DNA of 63,418 bases, the filler included, from a bacterium (GTDB lineage Bacteria > JALSQH01): NCBI GenBank assembly GCA_026985515.1. It is 8 parts of 8 records of this genome, joined end to end, with 100 filler letters (N's around TTAATTAATTAA, not from the genome) between each part and the next. Parts side by side here need not be neighbours in the genome. Positions count along the whole stretch, not along the records: positions 50,252 to 54,229 come from JALSQH010000087.1; positions 54,330 to 57,194 come from JALSQH010000090.1; positions 57,295 to 60,050 come from JALSQH010000092.1; positions 60,151 to 63,418 come from JALSQH010000093.1; 4 more parts are not named here. One strand, 5' to 3'. Shown piece after piece: positions 52,630-62,177 of this stretch. The notes beneath the pieces were generated by a model. It did no database searches. It saw nothing but the letters and a program-made list of their open reading frames with translations, and was not told the origin of the DNA. The translations under genes and the position numbers were made by a program. Each line of letters begins with the position of its first letter. Position 1 is the stretch's first letter.

Positions 52630-53475
52630 ATGGGGAAGAAAATAGCGTTGGTTTTTTTCCTTATTTTCGCGGCGGTTCCTCTTTACTCAGACAGAAAGAT
52701 CTTCAAAGTAACAAAAGAAAGCGTAAATGTAAGGGAGCAACCTTCTCTGAAGAGCAGGATTATTGGCACTCTCCCGCAGGGAGAGTATGTTTTTACAGAT
52801 TCTGAAAAAATTATAAATGGCTGGGTACCGGTAAAACTCGAAGAGGGGAAAACCGGCTACATCAAAATATCGGTTTTAAAAGATGTGACTCCACACGGTT
52901 TAGTAGAATACTTCAAATTTTACACAAATTACTTCGTTGAAAACTATCTTGTTGTAACCTTCTTTATCCTGATCGTACTGGGTATTATTCTTGGGCTCAC
53001 AAAAAGTGTAGTCATTTACAGGGATTACCTTGATGTAGTAAAATGCGGATCCCTCATACTGCTGCCATATATTCTTATGTTGCTTTTTGCAAAAGTGATA
53101 ATCCTTTTCAATTCTGAACTGTTAAACAAGATTTTCATCGGGCTTATCATTGTAATTGAAGTAATTCTTCTCATCTCCATTGTAGTTGGAACTTATAAAG
53201 ACAACAGAAGCATAATCAAAACCTTTCTTGCCCTGATAACAAAAATTCCCCTTACCACTCTTTTTGTACTTCTGCTACTGGAACTTTTCTCCCCATCAGA
53301 TGAAAAGAAGAAGGAAAATAAAACTGATATATTCCTGATTCTCGCTCTCATCACCCCCCTGATTTATGCACTGGTGAGACACAAAGTGTGGATCTACAGA
53401 GGTGAAAAAACAGAGGAAGAGCTCAAAGAGGCCTCACCTGAAGAAATTGCCAGAACAATCAAGCCCAAAATTTGA
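52630..53475 (+). CDS. SH3b-domain multi-pass membrane protein
   Basis: Signal peptide, VNVREQPS..S.IIG.L..G...GW..V....GKTGYI, then about five TM helices. Confidence 0.78.
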   Translation: MGKKIALVFFLIFAAVPLYSDRKIFKVTKESVNVREQPSLKSRIIGTLPQGEYVFTDSEKIINGWVPVKLEEGKTGYIKISVLKDVTPHGLVEYFKFYTNYFVENYLVVTFFILIVLGIILGLTKSVVIYRDYLDVVKCGSLILLPYILMLLFAKVIILFNSELLNKIFIGLIIVIEVILLISIVVGTYKDNRSIIKTFLALITKIPLTTLFVLLLLELFSPSDEKKKENKTDIFLILALITPLIYALVRHKVWIYRGEKTEEELKEASPEEIARTIKPKI

Positions 53476-53499
53476 CATCACCAGCCGCTGTGCTATAAT
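53472..53499 (+). promoter_or_regulatory. Consensus sigma70 promoter
   Basis: TTGACA (53472-53477), 16-bp spacer, TATAAT (53494-53499) with TG extension. Confidence 0.7.
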
Positions 53500-53520
53500 T
53501 TTTTACAAAAAGAAGCAAAA

Positions 53521-53661
53521 ATGGTTTTTCTGTTCAGACTTATTTTTGTTATCATTCTGGGAAACATTCTTGAAACTGTCGTAAAGATCTTTGTAACGGG
53601 AGAGAAGTTATACAGGAAACTTGTACTTCATCAGGAAATTCCTGAGGACACTGAATCTTAA
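53521..53661 (+). CDS. Small 46-aa hydrophobic protein
   Basis: MVFLFRLIFVIILGNILETVVKIFVTGEKLYRKLVLHQEIPEDTES*. Follows a consensus promoter, and its TAA overlaps the next ATG (TAATG). Confidence 0.5.
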   Translation: MVFLFRLIFVIILGNILETVVKIFVTGEKLYRKLVLHQEIPEDTES

Positions 53662-54229
53662 TGTATGAAACTTCCCACTACTTTACCTCACCCATTATTT
53701 CCAGAATTCAGGAACTGATCAGAGAAAACGATGGTAACGAAATTTTCCTCAAAGGTTACCTAAATGAAGAAGGTATTGTAGACAGAATTGAACTTCTGAC
53801 GCGTGGAAACATCAATTCCACCCCTGCCATACTCCACATAGAAGGACCAAATGTGGTGGTGATACACAATCATCCTTCCGGTAATCTCATACCCTCTGAT
53901 GCAGACATTGGAGTTGCTTCCGCCCTTGGCAACAATCTGGTGGGCTTCTACATTATAGATAATGATGTTCAGAGGGTAAATATTGTTGTAAGACCCGTAA
54001 AGAAGAAAATAAGGAAACTGGATCCGAAACTTCTCCTGGAATACATATCCCCTTCAAGCAAAAAGGTTCTGTCCAGTGAAGTTGAAGAAAGGGAAGCACA
54101 GAAGAGAATGCTGGAGGGAGTTGCAGAAGCTTTCAATTCAGAGAAAATAGCACTCATTGAAGCAGGTACAGGAACAGGTAAAACATGGGCATACCTAATA
54201 CCTGCGATGGAATGGAGTATCCAGAATGA
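53661..54229 (+). CDS. JAB/RadC-like domain fused to a DinG-family helicase, 3'-truncated
   Basis: GNE...IHNHPSGNL.PSDAD JAB motif, then EEREAQ..M and IEAGTGTGKT.AYLIP (DinG Q motif and Walker A). Confidence 0.88.
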
Positions 54230-54329
54230 NNNNNNNNNNNNNNNNNNNNNNNNNNNNNNNNNNNNNNNNNNNNTTAATTAATTAANNNNNNNNNNNNNNN
54301 NNNNNNNNNNNNNNNNNNNNNNNNNNNNN
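54230..54329. other. Artificial contig spacer
   Basis: N44-TTAATTAATTAA-N44. Confidence 0.97.
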
Positions 54330-54417
54330 ATGATGACATTGCGAGGTAAAGATATGCAGAATACATCTCCTCGTTGATCTGCTTATTAAGGGCTTCTTCT
54401 ATTTCTTTATCAATCAT
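54330..54417 (-). CDS. ftnA: Ferritin (non-haem), N-terminal fragment
   Basis: Not in the ORF track. AAGGAG RBS then MIDKEIEEALNKQINEEMYSAYLYLAMSS, a typical ferritin helix A. Confidence 0.85.
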
Positions 54418-54434
54418 AATGAAACTCCTTTCAA

Positions 54435-54941
54435 TCAAAATTTTTCAAATTTGTCTGCTGGTAAACCACAGACGGGACACTTTTCAGGAAGATCCTTCCC
54501 CACATGTGTATATCCACACACGGGACAGATGTAGATCTCCTCCTCTGGAAAATCCTCATCTTTTTCCACCTTTTCCCTGGCCTCTTTGTAGAGTTCAGCA
54601 TGGATCTTTTCAGCTTCAATGGCATAATGAATTGATCTTTCAGCCTTCTTATCCTCAAAGTACTTTGCAATGGCCATATAGGCAGGATACATATCCTCAA
54701 TTTCAAAGGTCTCTCCCTCCCAGGCACTCTCAAGATTTTTTAAATTCCCATCAATCAACCCAAGCGTTCTAGCGTGATTCTTTGCATGTACGAACTCCGC
54801 GTAGGCAATTGCCCTGAAAAGCCTTGCAAGGTTGGTTTTACCATCCTTTTCAGCAACTTCAGCAAAGATCAGATACTTCATATGAGCCATACTTTCACCG
54901 GCAAAGGCATCCATAAGTGATTTTTCCATCAATTTTCTCAT
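54435..54941 (-). CDS. rbr: Rubrerythrin
   Basis: [15 protein letters not shown]...MYP, AE..H, C-terminal CPVCGY...CPVC. Confidence 0.95.
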   Translation of the reverse strand: MRKLMEKSLMDAFAGESMAHMKYLIFAEVAEKDGKTNLARLFRAIAYAEFVHAKNHARTLGLIDGNLKNLESAWEGETFEIEDMYPAYMAIAKYFEDKKAERSIHYAIEAEKIHAELYKEAREKVEKDEDFPEEEIYICPVCGYTHVGKDLPEKCPVCGLPADKFEKF

Positions 54942-55019
54942 GGTTCCTCCTTTTTTCCTTAATTATACAAATAAACGATTAAAAAATCAAAATAAATTTC
55001 GCTCAAAAAGAATTTTTAA

Positions 55020-57194
55020 TCAATAAGGCTCTAATATGAATTGAATTTTTCCATACTTTTCATCACCTGTGAACTTCACTTTCACATATCTGCATTCCCA
55101 CCAGTAATTAAACAGGTCATTATCCTTTCTGTAAACACCATTGGCACCCGGCAGGGAAAGCTCCACATTTACCCCTTTTTTATCCATTGACACAACCATT
55201 CTCATTGAAGGTCCTGCAACCTGAATAAAAACAGGCTGATTTAGAAAACCAGCTATGGTTGATGCAAGGTTAACGGTGTATTCTCCTCCATCTGTGGAGA
55301 ACAGCCCCCTTAAATCTGCAACAAAGGGATCAATCATCAGCAATCTGTGGATCTTACCCCAGTTCCAGGTATCCATATCTTTTGATGAGAAGAGTTTTTC
55401 ACCGTTATCCACTGCATATTTAAGAGCTTTTAGTATGTCATAATCCCTCGTCTCCCTTATATCAGGTGTCCTCAAATCGTCAAAGAGATCACTGTCACCA
55501 TAAACAGGGTTGTAGCTTGTGATGGTTGATGGGGAATCCTCAAGTATATGGAGGATTATCAGAATCTGCCTTGCCGGGAAATCAGCATCAGGAAAGGGGA
55601 CATTGTAATACTCCACTTCATCAGAAAGCACAATATTTACAAACTCCCTCCACCATATTGAGAAAATTGATGCTGCCACACTCTCAAATTTCTCCTGATT
55701 ATCATACTTCCTGCTCCCATGATCCACACCACTGTAGAGGTAGTAATGCCATTTCTTTAAAACATCAATGGTACCCTCAATACCCCATTTTTTTACAAGA
55801 TCATTCCTGTTATTCGCCACCTGAAGAATATACTTCACCAGTCTCTCAGCAAGGAGAGACTTTACATCACACTGGATTTTTTTCATATATTCAAGTGAAA
55901 GCTCATTTTTGCTTTTTCCTTCAAGTATCAGCTCTTCAACTCTTTTTGCCCTGAAACCTGCATCAAGGGAGGAATAATAGTATGGGTTTTTCCCGTGCAG
56001 GGGAATTGTTCTGAAGAACACCAATTATGTCGTTGTTTGAAGTATTCACAAAACCCCGTGAAGGATTTTTGAGGTAGGGTATTTTATCTTCCGGGAGGTA
56101 CCCCACCCATTCTCCCTCACCATTGTAGCCATTCATCACTTTCCATTGTCTTGAACCACCGCTCCTCACAGGGATCTGGGCATGGGGGAAGTAGAGTATA
56201 TTTCCATCTCTATCAATGGCAACCTGGTTCTGAGCACCAACCTCAAAATTTGTAATTGCAGATGCAAAATCATCAACATTCTCAGCCTTTAAATATCCAA
56301 GAAAGGCGTCAAATTCATCAGAAATATTCTGTCCAGTCCAGCGGAAGCCAATGGCGTAGTGAGTTGAAGGTACAGGATAGGGCAACTTCAGATCCTTCTC
56401 GTCCCAGACTATCAAAACTTCCTGACCCGGAATGTAGTAAACAGGAAGTTTTACATTTTCCCACTTATGGGCACCCGTCCTGACCCTGTGGTCAACATAC
56501 GCCGTTTTGACCTCATATTTTTTTCCTTTTTTTAGTGCAAAACACCCATTACCTTCACAGGTTATCTTTTCAAAATAGAAATCAGCCACATCGTAACCTG
56601 CCACAGTTTCTCCCCATGCAATGTGATCAGTTACCCCGATCAGAACTCCCGGCAATCCAGGAACGGAAAATCCAAGTGCATTTTCATTCCCTGAATGGAG
56701 GTGAAAGATCTCCCAGATGGGAGGAGTTAAAAGGGGAAGATGTGGGTCATTGGCAAGCAGGGTCTTACCATTCTCTGTTATTCTGCCAGAGATAACCCAG
56801 TTGTTGCTTCCATATTTGTATGAACCCATAATAAATTTTTCCAGGGCATTGATAATCCCCCTGAAATTTGCAATAAGCCTTCCCGACTTCTCCGCCACAA
56901 AATTTACCGGAACATACGGAAAGTTATCAGTTGTTACAAGATCCCCGTACATTGTGGTTGTTGGAGTGGCCGGTTTGAATCTGATCCAGTCTCCAATGAG
57001 GTTCTGAGGAAGGTTATTTTCCCAGATGTTAATGTCAAGCTCGGTAACATTCATCATTCCTGAGAGGAAAAACTCAAAAATTCTTCCCAGTGCAGCAATG
57101 TCCTCAGCACTCCAGTATTCAATCCCATCAGGAGGGATGTCGTAGTATTTGAATTCATGGGGAAGAGGATAAATTCCTTTCCTGATACCCTTTA
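55020..57194 (-). pseudogene. Penicillin acylase family (Ntn hydrolase), 5'-truncated by the spacer and frameshifted near 56000 (pseudogene or assembly error)
   Basis: GSNNW, LLANDPHL, QNQV..D.DGNI and KNP..GFV.TSNN in one frame; GFRAKR, WNWGKIH and GPSMRMVV in a different, overlapping frame. Confidence 0.75.
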
Positions 57195-57294
57195 NNNNNN
57201 NNNNNNNNNNNNNNNNNNNNNNNNNNNNNNNNNNNNNNTTAATTAATTAANNNNNNNNNNNNNNNNNNNNNNNNNNNNNNNNNNNNNNNNNNNN
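57195..57294. other. Artificial contig spacer
   Basis: N44-TTAATTAATTAA-N44. Confidence 0.97.
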
Positions 57295-57847
57295 TCCCTC
57301 CTCTCATTACAGTAAACTCTGCTTCCCGCCCGGCAAGCATTGAAACCCTGTTTGCAAGATCACCCCAGTTATGTACCTCCTCGCCGTTAACCGCCACTAT
57401 TGTATCTCCCTCCCGGAAACCATTTTTGAAGGCCAGAGAATTTTTCTCAACAAATCCCACAACAGGTTTCTTTTCAAGGTAGGCGGGTACCTTGACACCC
57501 ACCATATAAGCGAGGGGAAGAAGAACAAGAGCAGTAACAAGATTCATGAGGGGACCAGCAGAAACAATTGCAGTTCTGATTCCCACCGGCTTATTTACAA
57601 AGGCAGAGGGATCGTCCCCCGTATATGACCCGGGTTCCTCACCCAGCATTTTCACATAGCCACCCAGGGGGATCAGACTGATCCTGTAATCTGTGCCCTT
57701 CCACCTGAAACCAAACAATCGGGGACCAAACCCAAGAGAAAAAATCTCCACCTCAACGCCTGAAAGTTTGGCCACGATGAAGTGACCAAATTCATGAACA
57801 AAAATCAACACACCCAGAATAACTATAAAACCTATTGCAGTATTCAT
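57295..57847 (-). CDS. rseP: RIP metalloprotease RseP, 3'-truncated
   Basis: HEFGHF, FSLGFGP, IPLGGYVKM, AGPLMN, start of a PDZ domain, downstream of dxr. Confidence 0.93.
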
Positions 57848-58992
57848 AACTTCACCTCAAAATCGGCAACCACCTTTTCTGCTGCCCTTTTTATCATCTC
57901 CTCCATTTTCATTATAGCATCATAGGTGACTTCCGGGAAAGTATCTTTCATCTCCAGAACCTTTTCCACGATTCGGGGAATATGGGTAAATTTTATTCTT
58001 CCCTCAAGAAAAGCCCTGACAGCCACCTCATTGGCCTGAGAGTAAATAAAACAGCTCTTTTCTCCTTCTCTGAGAACCCTGTAGGCAAGTTTCAGTGCAG
58101 GGAATTTTTCAAAATCAGGGGGATAAAACTCGAGCTTCCGGTCCAGCAGTGAAAAATTACTGTAAGTATTCATCCATCTCTCCGGATAAAAGAGTGCATA
58201 TGATATTGGAATTCTCATATCAGGGGGACCCAGTTGAGCCATTATGCTTCCATCTTTAAATTCCACCATGGAATGGACGATGCTCTGAGGATGGATTACA
58301 ACTTCGATATTTTCCGGTTCAACATCAAATAGGTAATGCGCCTCAATAATTTCCAGACCCTTGTTGAAAAGGGTGGCAGAATCAATGGTTATCTTTTTAC
58401 CCATACTCCAGGTGGGATGCTTCAGAGCCTCCTCAACTGTCACATTATCAAGATCAGACCTCGTTCTGAAAGGACCTCCAGAGGCAGTCAGGATGATCTT
58501 TCTCACATCCTTTCTATTTCCAGCCTGGAGAGCCTGAAAAATTGCACTGTGTTCACTGTCCACGGGAATCAATTCTCCACCATACCTGCGCAAAAATTCC
58601 TTAACTATGTGACCTGCCACCACAAGTGACTCTTTATTTGCAAGAGCAACTCTTCTGCCAAGTTCAAGGGCTCTCAGAACCGGATAAACTCCCCTGCTTC
58701 CAACTATTGCAGCAACCACAATATCTGCATCAATCTCAACTATCTCTATATTTCCTTCATCCCCTGAAAAGACCTTTACCCTATTTCCAACTCTTCTTCT
58801 CAATTTCTCAGCCTGCTCTTCATCAAATACAGAAACTGCCAGTGGTTGAAACTCCAGTATCTGTTTCTCCAGAAGATCAATATTTCTTCCAGCTGAAAGT
58901 CCCACCACTCTGAACCGACCACTCTTCTTTATAACATCAAGAGTCTGAACCCCTATGGAACCTGTACTGCCAAGAACGACCACTCTCTTCAT
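57844..58992 (-). CDS. dxr: 1-deoxy-D-xylulose-5-phosphate reductoisomerase
   Basis: LGSTGSIG, LANKES, PVDSEHSAIFQ, TASGGPFR, HPTWSMGKKITIDSAT. Confidence 0.97.
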   Translation of the reverse strand: MKRVVVLGSTGSIGVQTLDVIKKSGRFRVVGLSAGRNIDLLEKQILEFQPLAVSVFDEEQAEKLRRRVGNRVKVFSGDEGNIEIVEIDADIVVAAIVGSRGVYPVLRALELGRRVALANKESLVVAGHIVKEFLRRYGGELIPVDSEHSAIFQALQAGNRKDVRKIILTASGGPFRTRSDLDNVTVEEALKHPTWSMGKKITIDSATLFNKGLEIIEAHYLFDVEPENIEVVIHPQSIVHSMVEFKDGSIMAQLGPPDMRIPISYALFYPERWMNTYSNFSLLDRKLEFYPPDFEKFPALKLAYRVLREGEKSCFIYSQANEVAVRAFLEGRIKFTHIPRIVEKVLEMKDTFPEVTYDAIMKMEEMIKRAAEKVVADFEVKL

Positions 58993-60050
58993 CTACCCAC
59001 CTTCCCTGTCTTCAGTAAAATTCTTTTCAAAAATTCCACCTCCTCCCTCAGCATGTTGATCTCTCTCTCTCCCATTTCTATAATATCTCTTCTCCTCACA
59101 GTGCCACTTTTCTTCATTCTTAGCATACCTCTATCGGTCAGCGATTTAAGTGCACTGGTGAAATTTATTTTGGAAAAGGACTCAGGTCTCCAGAGTTCTC
59201 CTTTCAGGAAGAGAACCTTCCCGATTTTAAGGGCTTCCTGAACGAGTTTTGACTCTCTGTATTCACCGGGACCAGCTTCTATAAGGGTTTGAAAAACGAT
59301 GATATAAGATTCGATAAAATTCTTAACCAGTTCACCCATCAGAGTAAGTTTGATTCTGTCATTGATTATTCCAGCGCTGGAGAGAAAATCTATCCACCTA
59401 TCGTAACTTTTTTCTTCCTCATCCACATACTTGAGGTTAAACTCATATGTGAAAATATCCACAAGTTTTTCATAAACCTCTTTCTCACTACCCTCACCCG
59501 CCATAAAGGAAAGAGCAGAAAGAGATGGAAAAACAAAATAGTGGATAATATTGTTTTTGTAATAATCCACCGCTATTCGCTTATCATCCTTAACGACTAT
59601 TACCTTTTCACCGGCCACAGTTGCAATCTCCACCAGATCCCCTTTTGTAAATCTTCCCAGAGCCTTTCTGAGGCCATACCTGTAATCTCTCAGAGAAGTG
59701 GTAATGGGAATATCAAGTTTCTCAGCGAGGGAAAGAATAAACTCCGCATTATCATAAAGCGTTTTCTCATCAACGCCCTTTGTGGGATTCATCAAGATTG
59801 AAATGGCAAGAAGCGAGGAAGGTGTGATGGTTACGGCTTTCCCTATTTCGTTTATTATGAGATACCCGAGCTCCTCAATCACTGGTGCAAGTTCAGAATC
59901 ATTATAACTTCTGCCCGCCTCAATTCCTCTCTCCCTCAAAAATTCACCCACATCAATCATCGGCCTGAAACGGATGTAAACCATTCCATATCTGTTCTTC
60001 AGCACCTTTGAAGCTTTGAGTAACCCTTTAAAGCTCTCTTTCTCCTTTTC
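58989..60050 (-). CDS. PlsB-like glycerol-3-phosphate acyltransferase, C-terminal part (5'-truncated)
   Basis: EKEKESFKGLLKASKVLKNRYG.VYIRF, I...I.....TP..L, DYYKNNIIHYF, RPES.SK. Confidence 0.75.
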   Translation of the reverse strand, partial: EKEKESFKGLLKASKVLKNRYGMVYIRFRPMIDVGEFLRERGIEAGRSYNDSELAPVIEELGYLIINEIGKAVTITPSSLLAISILMNPTKGVDEKTLYDNAEFILSLAEKLDIPITTSLRDYRYGLRKALGRFTKGDLVEIATVAGEKVIVVKDDKRIAVDYYKNNIIHYFVFPSLSALSFMAGEGSEKEVYEKLVDIFTYEFNLKYVDEEEKSYDRWIDFLSSAGIINDRIKLTLMGELVKNFIESYIIVFQTLIEAGPGEYRESKLVQEALKIGKVLFLKGELWRPESFSKINFTSALKSLTDRGMLRMKKSGTVRRRDIIEMGEREINMLREEVEFLKRILLKTGKVGR

Positions 60051-60150
60051 NNNNNNNNNNNNNNNNNNNNNNNNNNNNNNNNNNNNNNNNNNNNTTAATT
60101 AATTAANNNNNNNNNNNNNNNNNNNNNNNNNNNNNNNNNNNNNNNNNNNN
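60051..60150. other. Artificial contig spacer
   Basis: N44-TTAATTAATTAA-N44. Confidence 0.97.
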
Positions 60151-60197
60151 ACAAAAAAGAGGTGTAAAGATACTATTGTGTTAAACGGCGGGAAAAT

Positions 60198-61448
60198 ATG
60201 GAGAGAAAGATTTTGATAATTGACAATGAAAAGGATCTGGTTGATACATTGACAACAGTGTTTAAGCAGCACAAATTCAGAGTGTTTACCACCAACGATG
60301 GTGATAAGGGACTTGAGATTGCCAGGAAGGAAAAGGTTGACCTTGTTCTCCTTGCAGTTGAACTGCCAAAAAAGAACGGATACCTCGTTTGTAAGGATTT
60401 TAAAGTTGACCCGGAATTGAAAAAGATTCCAGTTATTCTTACATCGCGAAAGGCTACCGAAGCTGATTTTGCGAAGCACAGAAAGTTAAAAGTTCGGGCT
60501 GATGAGTATCTGAAGAAGCCCTTTACTGATGAGGAACTCTTCTCAAAAATTGAAAATCTCATTGGTTTTTCTTTAAGTGACGATGAGTTTGGCAGACTTC
60601 AGCAGCAGATACATGATTTTCTTGAAGAAAAAGTCAATCTTGAATCAGAGATTGAGGAGAAGAGCAGGCAGCTTGTAGAACTTGAAAACAGGATAAATCA
60701 ACTGTTCAATGAGAATGAACAATTGAAAAAGGAGCTCGAAGAGAAGAACAATGAACTTGAGAGTATAAAAGAAAAATATGAGGAGGAGATTGAATTACTC
60801 AGGCAGGAAAAGGAGCATCTGCAGTCCCAGTTAAAGCTGGAAAGAGAGAATTATGAAAAGATGTCCCAGGAAGCCCTTGAAAATTTTCGGGAAAAGTTGA
60901 AGCAGGAGAAGGAAAATCTCAAGAAGGAATTTGAAAAAGAGAAGAGAAAGCTGGAAGAAGAAAATGCAGGGCTAAAGGAAGAGATTGAAAAACTTGAAGA
61001 AGAAAAAAAGGATTTGAATGAAAGGATAACCGGTCTTGAAAAGCAGTTAAAGGATAGGGAAGGGGAAGTAAATGAATTAAAATCAAAAATATCTTCTCTC
61101 TCGGAAGAGCTTGATAAGGTCAGAGAAGAGTCACTTCTGACGGAAAATAATCTGAAGGAGCAGATCTCTGAACTGGAAGAGAAGGTTTCTGTTCTTGAAT
61201 CTGAGAAAATGGCGATTAATAATCAGTTACAGGCTGTTCTGTCTGAGAATGAGCAGTTGAAAGAGGACCTTAAAAAGGAGAAGGGGAAGAGGGAGAGACT
61301 TGAAGAAGATATTTCGAGGCTGAAAGGTGAGCTTGACACTGAGAAAAAGGAACATGAAAAGGCTGTGAAAGAACTCAATAAAGAACTTGCCACATATAAA
61401 AAGTTCAGAGAGGTTATTGAGAAGGCCTTAAAGGCTTTTGAGAAGTAG
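60198..61448 (+). CDS. FrzS-like pseudo-receiver domain plus long coiled coil
   Basis: Receiver fold with Ala in place of the phospho-Asp (DLVLLAVEL), NGYLVC, FAKHRKLKVRADEY, LIGF, then about 280 aa of heptad-rich coiled coil. Confidence 0.8.
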   Translation: MERKILIIDNEKDLVDTLTTVFKQHKFRVFTTNDGDKGLEIARKEKVDLVLLAVELPKKNGYLVCKDFKVDPELKKIPVILTSRKATEADFAKHRKLKVRADEYLKKPFTDEELFSKIENLIGFSLSDDEFGRLQQQIHDFLEEKVNLESEIEEKSRQLVELENRINQLFNENEQLKKELEEKNNELESIKEKYEEEIELLRQEKEHLQSQLKLERENYEKMSQEALENFREKLKQEKENLKKEFEKEKRKLEEENAGLKEEIEKLEEEKKDLNERITGLEKQLKDREGEVNELKSKISSLSEELDKVREESLLTENNLKEQISELEEKVSVLESEKMAINNQLQAVLSENEQLKEDLKKEKGKRERLEEDISRLKGELDTEKKEHEKAVKELNKELATYKKFREVIEKALKAFEK

Positions 61449-61458
61449 AGGAGGAGAG

Positions 61459-61722
61459 ATGAAAAATTTAATCTGGAAAATTGTGTCACTTTTGCTTCTT
61501 TTAATCATACTGGTTATTTTCTTTTACAAAAATTTACAGACAACCTCCGAGGTTGACCTTCTTCTCACTGTGGTCAATGTCAAGACCTGGAAGCTTATAG
61601 TAATTTCCTTTTTCCTTGGAGGGGCTGTATTCTGTGGAATTGCGTCGATGTTTGCCATTCGGAAAAGGAGAGAGGCTGGATCTGATCAGGAAGATTCTCC
61701 AGGTTCAGAAGGATCATCATGA
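61459..61722 (+). CDS. LapA/DUF1049-like small membrane protein
   Basis: GGAGG RBS, two TM helices with F..KN...V.L and I.SFFLG pattern. Confidence 0.6.
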   Translation: MKNLIWKIVSLLLLLIILVIFFYKNLQTTSEVDLLLTVVNVKTWKLIVISFFLGGAVFCGIASMFAIRKRREAGSDQEDSPGSEGSS

Positions 61723-62177
61723 ATTTTAGCGATTGTGTGGGGAATTGCAGGGAGCACAAAGGAGAGATTTTCCACTGCTCCTCGAGGATTGCCCGGCAGA
61801 TTCATGATGAGAGTTTTTTTACATACTCCAGCAACTCCCCTTGAAATGATTCCGTTGGGAGTTTTTTCATAACTTTTTATCCTCATAATTTCTTCAAATC
61901 CCCACAATCTTTTCTCTATCACTTCAAGAGTTGCTTCTGGTGTGACGTCTCTGGTTGTTACACCGGTGCCTCCAGTTGTGATGATCAGGTCAAAGTGATT
62001 GTTACAAAAGAGTTTCAGTGTTCTGATAATGTAGCTTTTCTCGTCAGGGATTATTTTCATCTGCAGTTCATCCACATCAAGATTTGCTTTGATAAATTCC
62101 GAAAGAGCAGGACCTGATTTATCTTCTCTTTCTCCTCTGTAACTTCTGTCACTTATGGTGATAATTGCAACTTTCAT
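61686..62177 (-). CDS. mog: Molybdopterin adenylyltransferase (MogA/MoaB)
   Basis: TISDR..G.REDKSG, TTGGTG...RDVTPEAT, SRG, NLPGNP. Confidence 0.92.
   Translation of the reverse strand: MKVAIITISDRSYRGEREDKSGPALSEFIKANLDVDELQMKIIPDEKSYIIRTLKLFCNNHFDLIITTGGTGVTTRDVTPEATLEVIEKRLWGFEEIMRIKSYEKTPNGIISRGVAGVCKKTLIMNLPGNPRGAVENLSFVLPAIPHTIAKIHDDPSEPGESS

Noticed and set aside
60600-61440. GAA-rich quasi-repeats as a tandem repeat or SMC-like gene
   Set aside because: They are explained by Glu/Lys coiled-coil codons, with no exact repeat unit and no ATPase motifs.
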